Translations under genes and position numbers: made by a program
In this document: in pieces, positions 56,449 to 64,000 of the stretch
How positions within the stretch are numbered: position 1 is the stretch's first letter
Layout of the letters: the number at the start of each line of letters is the position of its first letter
Notes under the pieces: model-generated
Told to the model about the DNA's origin: nothing
The model's database searches: none
What the model saw: only the letters and a program-made list of their open reading frames with translations
NCBI GenBank assembly: GCA_049700215.1
Contig: JBNAVT010000008.1
Coordinates: forward strand, 860-64,859
Length of the DNA stretch: 64,000 nucleotides
Reading direction: 5' to 3'
From: Thermoproteota archaeon
GTDB taxonomy: Archaea; Thermoproteota; EX4484-205; JAAOZP01

Positions 56449-57854
56449 TAACGATACTGCGGAAGAATAGGGTGACCTACGAGCTGCTGGAAACCCCTGG
56501 CAGGGACAGGATTGTCGGAAGCTACTTAATACTTCTCGACAGTATTACACGGAGAAAGCTTCTTCTCCAAATAATAGACGTCAACTATCTTAGCATTCCT
56601 GGCGAGGTAGAGGAGATAATACGGATAAGCAAGAGGGAGGAATCCTACCAGGTTTTCGAGGAGGATGAAAACCTTAAGGAGATACTTGACGAGCTGATGG
56701 ATTCTAGAATATTAATATGCAAGGTTCGGGCAGCCTTCTCGTTAGATGATGAGACCATAGATTTTCAGTGGGCTCCCTCAAGGTTGAAGTCGAGAATCTA
56801 TGAGCCGAGCGCGGAGGAGTTGAACGAGTTGATTACAAGCAAGTACGCGATACCGGTTAAGATCAGCGACGACACAGAGGTGGATCTGAACGCTTTAGAC
56901 GGCGGTTTAACCCTGGTGATCGGTAAGAAGGGTTCGGGCAAGTCGAATCTCTCTAAAACATTGATAGCAAGGCTCTTGGAACACGGTGGGCGCTGTATAG
57001 TCTTTGACATAAACGGGGAATATGAGCCGGCTGCGATGAAAAGCAGGTTCCTAGTCTTAAAACCTGGTGAAAACATGTTTCTCAGTATACCTGGACTCGG
57101 GAAAGAGCTTTTCATAAATCTCATGGAAACCATTATGGGGTTGCCTCCCTCGTCAGTCTGGGAGCTGAGACGAATACTTGACAGTCTTGAGAACAGGAAT
57201 ATGTTGAGCCTTAAGAACCTTTGGAATGAGATAGTCTGCGGAAGGATTAATGACCTCGTTAAGGAAGCGCTTATCAGGAGGATAACGGTTCTGAGGGAAA
57301 GCGGCTTATTCAAGGACTCTGACGCGACAGACTTAGACAGGGTTTTTAAAGAGGCATCGAGTAAGGCTCTTATAGTAAACCTGAAGGGTTTACCGAAATC
57401 CTTTAGGCAGCTGATAGTTGAGACGGTTCTCAATAAGACTGTTAGGATGCTTGAGAACGGTGAGATAAAGCCACTCTTCCTTTTCGCGGAGGAGGCTCAA
57501 TCATACTTGGATGAGAAAGCATGGGAGGACTATATAACGCGGATGAGGCACATAGGGTTGTCGGTTGTCTTCATAACTAACGAGCCGGATAGCCTCATGA
57601 GCTTCGTGTACAGGCAGGCTGACAACTGTTTCATATTCAACCTGTTGAACGAGAACGATTTAAACTATATTTCGAAGATGTCTAAAATAGATGCTGAATC
57701 ACTTATTAGCCTTGTGCCCACTCTGCCCGTTGGCAAGTGTCTTGCATTTGGAAACGTCACTGGGAACATTCCTGTTATTTTGAATATACGTAGGGAAAAC
57801 GTGTTTGGAACAGGAGAGACTAGGAAAGTGCTTTTAGCGGTTCCTAGAAGCTGA
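56445..57854 (+). CDS. HerA/FtsK-family ATPase (DUF87)
   Basis: Walker A GKKGSGKS, VFDINGEY, Walker B LFAEEAQ, RMRHIG. Confidence 0.85.
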   Translation: MITILRKNRVTYELLETPGRDRIVGSYLILLDSITRRKLLLQIIDVNYLSIPGEVEEIIRISKREESYQVFEEDENLKEILDELMDSRILICKVRAAFSLDDETIDFQWAPSRLKSRIYEPSAEELNELITSKYAIPVKISDDTEVDLNALDGGLTLVIGKKGSGKSNLSKTLIARLLEHGGRCIVFDINGEYEPAAMKSRFLVLKPGENMFLSIPGLGKELFINLMETIMGLPPSSVWELRRILDSLENRNMLSLKNLWNEIVCGRINDLVKEALIRRITVLRESGLFKDSDATDLDRVFKEASSKALIVNLKGLPKSFRQLIVETVLNKTVRMLENGEIKPLFLFAEEAQSYLDEKAWEDYITRMRHIGLSVVFITNEPDSLMSFVYRQADNCFIFNLLNENDLNYISKMSKIDAESLISLVPTLPVGKCLAFGNVTGNIPVILNIRRENVFGTGETRKVLLAVPRS

Positions 57855-59133
57855 AAACCCCCGCTCCCCCATACTTTGCCATGGAGCCCAGTTTTTCACA
57901 TATTCTTAGAATCCTATTGTACTTCGCAGTTCTCTCCCCCCTGCATGGGGCTCCTGTTTTTATCTGCCCAGCGTTGAAAGCGACAGCAACATCGGAAATA
58001 TAGGTGTCCTCAGTTTCTCCAGACCTGTGGCTTACGATAACTCTATAGTTGTTTTCCACAGCAGTGTTGAAAGTCTCCAGCGACTCAGTTAAGGATCCGC
58101 ATTGATTAAGCTTGAAGAGGAGAGCGTTTGCAGCGCCTCTCCTTATCCCTTGGAGAAGCCTCTCCCTGTTTGTAACGAAAACGTCGTCTCCAACTATCTG
58201 TACTCGGGAGCCTATTCTCCTAGTGATCTCGGCGAAGGATTCGAAATCGTTTTCCTCAAACGGGTCCTCTATCGATTTCAGCCTGAAGGTTGAGGCAAGC
58301 TCAACGTAGTATTCTAGAAGCTCGCTGCTCGCAAGCTCCCTACCATCTATCCTGTACTTGCTTGAAGAAGAATCGTAGAAAGAGGATGATGCTGCATCTA
58401 TTCCAAGTAATACTTGTGAAGAAGTGTAGCCTGTTTCCTCGATCGCTGCCGAAAGCAGTTCCAACGCTTGGTCGCTCCGGCTGAGAGGAGGCGCGAAGCC
58501 TCCTTCGTCGCCAACGTTTATAGAGGGTCTTCCGTATTTATTGACTATCACGCTTCTAAGCGTGTGGTAAACTTCAACACCGGCTCTTAAAGCACTCGGG
58601 AAATCGTTGAACCCTGCAGGTATTATCATGAACTCCTGTATGGAAAGGTTGTTTCCCGCATGCTTACCCCCGTTTATAACGTTCATAAGGGGGACGGGGA
58701 GCGTGACGCCTTTCCCTCCCCCTAAGTACTCGTAGAGCTCCATTCCGCTAGCGTTTGAAGCGGCTATAGCGTTGCCCAGCGAGACGGCTAGGATCGCGTT
58801 CGCCCCAAGCCTAGACTTGTTCAAAGTACCGTCTAATTCAAGCATTATTCTGTCAACCTCGCTTTGACGCCTAGCGTCTAAACCGGTTAAAGCCTGGCTG
58901 ATCGCCTCATTAATGTTCCTGACCGCCTTTAAAACACCTAAACCGTGGAATCTTTTTCCATCCCTATCTCTCAGCTCAACCGCCTCATACTTCCCCGTGG
59001 AGGCACCTGAGGGGACACCTGCTTGGCCTACGGCTCCCCCCTGCAGCTCGACGACTGCTTCAACCGTAGGATTCCCCCGAGAGTCCAGTATCTCTCTGCC
59101 TCGAACCCTTTTTATTTTAAACGCATCTTCCAT
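57844..59133 (-). CDS. eno: Enolase
   Basis: DSRGNPT, PSGASTG, GDEGG, SHRSGET, GQIKTG. Confidence 0.98.
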   Translation of the reverse strand: MEDAFKIKRVRGREILDSRGNPTVEAVVELQGGAVGQAGVPSGASTGKYEAVELRDRDGKRFHGLGVLKAVRNINEAISQALTGLDARRQSEVDRIMLELDGTLNKSRLGANAILAVSLGNAIAASNASGMELYEYLGGGKGVTLPVPLMNVINGGKHAGNNLSIQEFMIIPAGFNDFPSALRAGVEVYHTLRSVIVNKYGRPSINVGDEGGFAPPLSRSDQALELLSAAIEETGYTSSQVLLGIDAASSSFYDSSSSKYRIDGRELASSELLEYYVELASTFRLKSIEDPFEENDFESFAEITRRIGSRVQIVGDDVFVTNRERLLQGIRRGAANALLFKLNQCGSLTESLETFNTAVENNYRVIVSHRSGETEDTYISDVAVAFNAGQIKTGAPCRGERTAKYNRILRICEKLGSMAKYGGAGVFSF

Positions 59134-59172
59134 TTTCCGTTTGGAATATTTAGAGCATGATTTAAGGTTTTG

Positions 59173-59499
59173 CTAAAGGAGCACTGGAAGTATGAATTCG
59201 CTGAAGAAGGCGAGTAGTAGTGCACCAAATATCAGGTCTCTTCCAAGATACTTGTTTACCTTGGTTACGTAGAGTATAACCCCGATTACAGCCATTGGAG
59301 CATAGATCATCGATAGGACGCGGAGAGATGCTTGCAGCACCATTTGCGAGAATGCTGCAACCGTTTTCTCCACGGAGTCCACGATGCTTTCAAGCAGTTT
59401 TGTAAACCACTCTGAGCCTGCCGACTGTTCCCCCTCCTCTCCTATAAGCGGGATTATCAGTCCCTCTGCAAGCCTTAATATTCTCATGCCCCGTCCCAT
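59173..59499 (-). CDS. Small membrane protein with two hydrophobic helices
   Basis: Amphipathic helix followed by two TM segments; upstream TATA-like elements. Confidence 0.65.
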   Translation of the reverse strand: MGRGMRILRLAEGLIIPLIGEEGEQSAGSEWFTKLLESIVDSVEKTVAAFSQMVLQASLRVLSMIYAPMAVIGVILYVTKVNKYLGRDLIFGALLLAFFSEFILPVLL

Positions 59500-59546
59500 T
59501 TATAGAGAGGCTGAAACCCTATTTAACCACCCCTGAGTATTCGTTT

Positions 59547-61103
59547 TTAAGACGCCTCCTCGTGAAGAACCTGATACTTGTCCATTTGGCTTAAAAGCGC
59601 CTTAACACTGGACTCCCTGACCTTCACTTTCCCACCTGCAGCCTCCTCCGCGAACCTGATTATCAGAGGCAAATACTTGCGGTAAACGTCGAGCCTCCTT
59701 CTCTCCCTCTCCATGCTTTTCTTCCTCGAGAGGTAGAACGAGATTTCCCTGCTGACATTCCTAAGCCCGTTTAAAATCTCCCTCTCTATTTCAGGCCTAT
59801 CAGCCACATACTCTTTTCCAACAGTTTTGTAAGGTATTTTCGTCGAACATATGTGTACGATGATTCTAACAGGGTCTGTCCTAGGGTCTATCCTATACCG
59901 TTTCCAGTTCATCAGCTTGTTCACAACCTTGTAGGAAACATCGTTAGCCTCATCGTATAGAAGAGGTATTCTGTTAGCATACCTGTATATTATTGCATTG
60001 CCGTCTTCAGGAGGAGTTATCTTCCCACCGTAAGCTATTCCAACTTCAACTATGAAGGGGTGTCCTGAATATGCTTGGGGCTTTCTGCTCTCGACTGCAA
60101 GCACCTCAGGTTCAAGCTCCTTCTTAATCCCCTCTTTCAAAAGCGCCTCGCCTATCGGGGATAGGATGCTTGCATCCGGTGGAAGAAAGCCGTCATAATT
60201 CTTCAAAGTCTGAGTGAGCCTCACGATCTCATCCAAGCCGAGCTCTCCGACAAGCGTGTTCGGCGAAAGGTTCAGCTGCTCCAGTATCCTACTGGCCGTC
60301 TCCTTCCCAACCCTGTGGAAGCTTCGTGTGAGAAATGATACGAGTGTTCTCTTACGGTTCTCCTCCGCGAGCCTCTTAACCATTTCAACGTCAACGCCGT
60401 GAGGATGAGGTAGTGTTTCCTTAGGAGGATTGGGCATTTGTGCAGTACTCCTGGAAAACCTGATTAGCCTCCCGTAGGCGTCTACTAGGGTAATGTTCGC
60501 ATAGGGCGCGACAAGCGCGCTAAGCTTAATATACTCAAGTATCTTCGGGAAGGCTCTGAAGTAATCTCCCTCGAGAGTGAAGCTTACAATAGTGCCACTC
60601 CACTTTTTAGGGTTATTCTTCTCCTCCCTCTCTAAAACTATGGGCGCGTTCTTCTTAATGTCTATCATTATCTTGAAGAGGTATATTCTTTTACGGTAGC
60701 CGACAGTGATTTCAAGCGGGTTGTTAGTTGTTATCTGACCGTAGAGATACGCCATTTTCCCACCTAGCCCGAACGTGCCTCTGGATTGTATTAGGGTATA
60801 CTTTGAGCCGAAAAGTATCTTTCCAAAGGCGTTTGGAATGTGTTCAGGCGGGATCCCTCCACCGTTGTCAGCAATCCTTATCCTTACAATGTTTCTTTCG
60901 CTACTTGCCTGGCCTTCAATAGTTAGAAACAGAATTATGTCCGGCAGTATGCCTCTTGCTTCGCAGGCGTCTAGAGAGTTTTCAACCAGTTCCCTGACCG
61001 CCGTGTACAGTGCCCTGACGGGGTTTGAAAACCCTGCGATGTCTCTGTTCCTATAGAAGAAGTCCGCAGGACTGATCTCTTTGAATTTTTCCTCAGAACT
61101 CAT
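59547..61103 (-). CDS. top6B: DNA topoisomerase VI subunit B
   Basis: ELVENSLDA, DNGGGI, SRGTFGLG, PHPHG, RYANRIPLLYD. Confidence 0.96.
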   Translation of the reverse strand: MSSEEKFKEISPADFFYRNRDIAGFSNPVRALYTAVRELVENSLDACEARGILPDIILFLTIEGQASSERNIVRIRIADNGGGIPPEHIPNAFGKILFGSKYTLIQSRGTFGLGGKMAYLYGQITTNNPLEITVGYRKRIYLFKIMIDIKKNAPIVLEREEKNNPKKWSGTIVSFTLEGDYFRAFPKILEYIKLSALVAPYANITLVDAYGRLIRFSRSTAQMPNPPKETLPHPHGVDVEMVKRLAEENRKRTLVSFLTRSFHRVGKETASRILEQLNLSPNTLVGELGLDEIVRLTQTLKNYDGFLPPDASILSPIGEALLKEGIKKELEPEVLAVESRKPQAYSGHPFIVEVGIAYGGKITPPEDGNAIIYRYANRIPLLYDEANDVSYKVVNKLMNWKRYRIDPRTDPVRIIVHICSTKIPYKTVGKEYVADRPEIEREILNGLRNVSREISFYLSRKKSMERERRRLDVYRKYLPLIIRFAEEAAGGKVKVRESSVKALLSQMDKYQVLHEEAS

Positions 61104-61674
61104 CTCCCAGCTTCTCCTCTCTACTCATCCAAATCCCTTTCTCCAATGATTTTCTTTGACGCTCCAAATATTTAAACGCGGTGCTGAATTGAGCACCCTT
61201 CAGTATCTTTAGAATAGTCTTGAAAGCTATTTCGCAGCTTTCATCCTCCCCCATTATTCCGAGAGTATACTTGTGGAGTGCAAGCTTAGCGCCAGAGAGC
61301 TTCTCAATCTTCTTCCAGACCTTCCCGTCCTTCCCTATTATTCTACCCTTTATTATTTTTATTCGAGAGGAGGACTCGCCGGCGAAATCCCTTAAGTCAA
61401 TTATCTTGAGAACAAGATTATCATCCAGAAGCCTTAGAGCATCCTCGCCCGAGAACCCGCATGATATTGCATCCGCAATCCTCCTCAGCTTGAAGTATGA
61501 TTCAGGATCCTCAGCATTATACTCCACCTTAACCGTTCCATCCTGTTGAACTTGAATCTTAGCCTTGGTTTCCTCCTCTATTTTCTTCTTTATTTCACCG
61601 TTTTTCCCGATTAAAACTCCTACTCTTTCCTGCGGAATGTTTAGAAATATTACGTTAACCAATTTTGCTAACAA
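61093..61674 (-). CDS. KH-domain rRNA-processing protein (Pno1/Dim2)
   Basis: GVLIGKNG and GRIIGKDG KH loops; conserved synteny with rio1. Confidence 0.9.
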   Translation of the reverse strand: MLAKLVNVIFLNIPQERVGVLIGKNGEIKKKIEEETKAKIQVQQDGTVKVEYNAEDPESYFKLRRIADAISCGFSGEDALRLLDDNLVLKIIDLRDFAGESSSRIKIIKGRIIGKDGKVWKKIEKLSGAKLALHKYTLGIMGEDESCEIAFKTILKILKGAQFSTAFKYLERQRKSLEKGIWMSREEKLGDEF

Positions 61675-62443
61675 CCTCCTCCACGGCTATTGTTTCGTCA
61701 ACCCATCTCCTTTTCATGAAGAACCTGTTTATGTTTTCAACATCCCTCCTTAAAAATTCGCCTGCCAAGGGGTGGGTAATTGGGACTGCTTGAGACAAAT
61801 CTATGATGAAAGGCTTCTCATTCCAAATCATAACGTTATACTCGCTCAGGTCTGCATGGATCAAGCCTGCCTTATCGCGGCTCTTAACTATGAAGTCAAT
61901 TATCTCCATATAGGTTTCACTAGGCTTCTCAAGCTTGTGAACCTCCTTCAAAAGAGGAGCCCTCTGGCCATTCTCACCTATGAAACTCATCACTAAAATG
62001 TTTTTCTGGACGATTATGGGCTTCGGCACGGGAAGCCCAACCTCGTGCAGGGTGCTTAAATTAGCATACTCTTTTCTCGCCCAAGTGAACACTAGTGACC
62101 GGCTGTCGCTCTTGACTTTTTCAAAACGCTTGTCGCCAATGATATACTTCAACATCATGCGCCTTATCTCCGTGTTAATGGTCAAGTAGATTTTGACAGC
62201 GGCCTCAACATCGCCTTTCGCAATAGCGTGATACACTTTCGACTCTTTACCTGAAGATATTTCGCCGTTAAACTCTTTCAAAATCCCTTTCCTCAGTAAA
62301 TCATAAAGCTGCATTAAAACCTCAACGTTGAAAACCTCGCTGAAAACCTCGAAATCCTCGCTTCTCTTAACCTTCATTCTCTGAAGCTTCTCTATAAGCC
62401 TCTCCCTGAGCTCCAAGCTGTCGAAGACTTTTTCACGCCTCAT
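61655..62443 (-). CDS. rio1: RIO1 serine/threonine kinase
   Basis: ISSGKES, AVKIY, WARKE, HADLSEYN, IDLSQA. Confidence 0.95.
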   Translation of the reverse strand: MRREKVFDSLELRERLIEKLQRMKVKRSEDFEVFSEVFNVEVLMQLYDLLRKGILKEFNGEISSGKESKVYHAIAKGDVEAAVKIYLTINTEIRRMMLKYIIGDKRFEKVKSDSRSLVFTWARKEYANLSTLHEVGLPVPKPIIVQKNILVMSFIGENGQRAPLLKEVHKLEKPSETYMEIIDFIVKSRDKAGLIHADLSEYNVMIWNEKPFIIDLSQAVPITHPLAGEFLRRDVENINRFFMKRRWVDETIAVEEVVSKIG

Positions 62444-62493
62444 GTTGCTGCAACTACCTGAAGCACGTGGTGAGCCCGCATCTTTTTTAAAGA

Positions 62494-62844
62494 TTAACTA
62501 CTGGCCCCGCCTGCCTGCCCCTGTGTTTCCTTCACAAGCTCCTTGCTTAAAAGCCCGTTTTTAACCAGGTAGTCTATCTGACCAATAGTATACCTGTGTA
62601 AAATTTCACCTCGATCAGGCTGAAAGGACCATGGCTCAACCAGAACAATATCGTTCAGCTTAATCCATATTTTTCTCCTAAGCTTCCCCCTAAGCCTGCA
62701 CTGCCTGACCCTGCCGTCAGAGCAGAGCACCAGAGCCCAGTTGGAACCTGAAAGCCCCTCTACCCTCCCGAATAGTTGCCCCTCTCCAGGCGTTACTAAG
62801 GTTTCGGAAATATCTCTCTCACTATACACTTTTCTCTTTCCCAA
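62494..62844 (-). CDS. eif1a: Translation initiation factor 1A
   Basis: CSDGRVRQCRLRGKLRRKIWI...VEPW. Confidence 0.95.
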   Translation of the reverse strand: MGKRKVYSERDISETLVTPGEGQLFGRVEGLSGSNWALVLCSDGRVRQCRLRGKLRRKIWIKLNDIVLVEPWSFQPDRGEILHRYTIGQIDYLVKNGLLSKELVKETQGQAGGASS

Positions 62845-62906
62845 GCTCTACAGAGCCCGGGTTCCTCCTCCCTAATAAACTATATGCTTCAAAAGACGCT
62901 TAAAAG

Positions 62907-63218
62907 CTAGATGCGAATTATCATCATAAACAATACTCCGCCTATTTTCCTGGCGTTATCCATCCTTCCTAAACCGCTTTCCAAAACGGTTTTCACAACC
63001 CTGTTCCCGATGAGGTTCACTGAGGAAGCGTCCCTGATGCTTCTTAAAAGCTCCTCCCCGTCTACAAGCCTGCCGCCGTAGAACTTTTCAACTACGTTCA
63101 CCTCTAAACCCGTCTCATCCTTAATGGTTTTTCCGAGAAGCTCCCTGTCGCATGCTCCTATTATCTTGGTCGGCCCAACCGAATGCTCCTTCATGTAAAA
63201 GTCTTTACTCATTTTCAA
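62907..63218 (-). CDS. DUF424 family protein
   Basis: ACDRELLG, FYGG, NLIG. Confidence 0.88.
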   Translation of the reverse strand: MKMSKDFYMKEHSVGPTKIIGACDRELLGKTIKDETGLEVNVVEKFYGGRLVDGEELLRSIRDASSVNLIGNRVVKTVLESGLGRMDNARKIGGVLFMMIIRI

Positions 63219-63643
63219 AGGCTTTTAACGGGCGAAACAGCGCCGCAGCTTAAGCATACGAGTTGAACTATGCCCCGCTTCTCCCTGCTCAGCTTCGTAT
63301 CCGGCCTTTTGCAAACAGGGCATTCCACGTACGCTTTTATGTAGTCCGCTATCACGGTATCCAGCTGCTTAGGGAGAATTCTACCCTTGAAAACATAGCG
63401 TCCCTCACCGCTTTCCGAGTATGGCGCGGCGAGTCTTAAAGTCATGTATTTCAGCAGGTGCTTAACATCCCTGTTTAACAGGTCTGCTATCTGGTTAAGG
63501 TTTTGAACTATAGTCTTGTTCTTCTCACTTATGCATTCGACACTTGGAATGGTCAACCTGTCTCTGCTCTCCGTCTTAGGCACTTTACTGAGCCCTCTAT
63601 CCAACCATTCTAAGTATTTTTCCTCACTACCTGTTTCCTTCAC
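63215..63643 (-). CDS. eif2b: Translation initiation factor 2 subunit beta
   Basis: LNRD..H, YVECPVCKRPDT, CLSCGA zinc ribbon. Confidence 0.93.
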   Translation of the reverse strand: MKETGSEEKYLEWLDRGLSKVPKTESRDRLTIPSVECISEKNKTIVQNLNQIADLLNRDVKHLLKYMTLRLAAPYSESGEGRYVFKGRILPKQLDTVIADYIKAYVECPVCKRPDTKLSREKRGIVQLVCLSCGAVSPVKSL

Positions 63644-63713
63644 TTTTCTTTCCTAAGTAGGGGGGAATAGAAACTCTTTAATAATGCTTTCTATTGAGTT
63701 GTTTCGACCGTAT

Positions 63714-64000
63714 ATGAGCAGCATAATTGTTGTTGGAAGCTCTGGTAAGGATGAGCACTTTAAAATAGGCTCTTTCCACAGGCTGCCAAAGGTTTTTCAT
63801 CCTTTTCTGAAGAAGACTATCCCGGTCTCCAGGATAGGCGAGCTCCTTGGCCCAGAGTGGGATAGGGAGAAGGTTTACAGCTTGCTGGAGGCTAACAGCC
63901 TGTCTCCCGTTAAATATAGTTACGGTGGCAGGGCTCCCCATGTTGCCTACGGTGTTGCACGTCTGGGCGGCAGAGTAAGCCTGATCACCACCTTTGGCAG
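63714..64000 (+). CDS. PfkB-family carbohydrate kinase (3'-partial)
   Basis: Manual translation MSSIIVVGS..D...YGGRAPHVAYGVARLGGRVSLITTFG matches the PfkB N-terminal signature. Confidence 0.75.
   Translation, partial: MSSIIVVGSSGKDEHFKIGSFHRLPKVFHPFLKKTIPVSRIGELLGPEWDREKVYSLLEANSLSPVKYSYGGRAPHVAYGVARLGGRVSLITTFG

Noticed and set aside
60516..60522. CGCGCTA inside top6B
   Set aside because: It lies in an intact reading frame (LSALV), so I treated it as a background occurrence of the junction motif.
1..64000. CRISPR arrays, rRNA genes, intact IS elements or integrases
   Set aside because: No regularly spaced repeats, rRNA-like segments or transposase/integrase motifs were recognised by eye.

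Overview
Archaeal chromosome segment. The gene content (archaeal LeuRS/AlaRS/HisRS, EndA, top6B, Rio1, aIF-1A, aIF-2beta, multi-intron tRNAs, UroD-like, ADP-ribosylglycohydrolase and DUF4038 proteins) points to a TACK-superphylum organism; a Brockarchaeota- or Bathyarchaeia-like assignment is my inference. Housekeeping blocks (4.5-10.2 kb, 12.5-16.2 kb, 57.8-64 kb) alternate with accessory patches that lie mostly at tRNA 3' ends and are full of truncated or frameshifted genes. Five tRNA genes are present: Phe, Arg x2 and Leu, each with two introns, mostly at non-canonical positions, plus an intron-less initiator Met. The most striking unexplained signal is a short TAGCGCG(CG)n motif. It sits repeatedly at gene breakpoints and fragment junctions, once as a clean insertion flanked by a direct repeat, which suggests a sequence-tagged DNA capture/end-joining process or a transposon footprint. 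Other notable items: an acceptor-stem (6/7) tRNA intron whose outer helix appears to be made by a duplicated leader; two tRNA-Arg-like genes with odd anticodon loops; a polymorphic-toxin-like PD-(D/E)XK protein; an unannotated Cys-rich peptide; reciprocally degenerate IPCT/DIPPS-like paralogs; and a wHTH-wHTH-NurA-HerA operon. All calls were made by eye without database searches. No CRISPR array, rRNA or recognisable integrase/transposase was seen.
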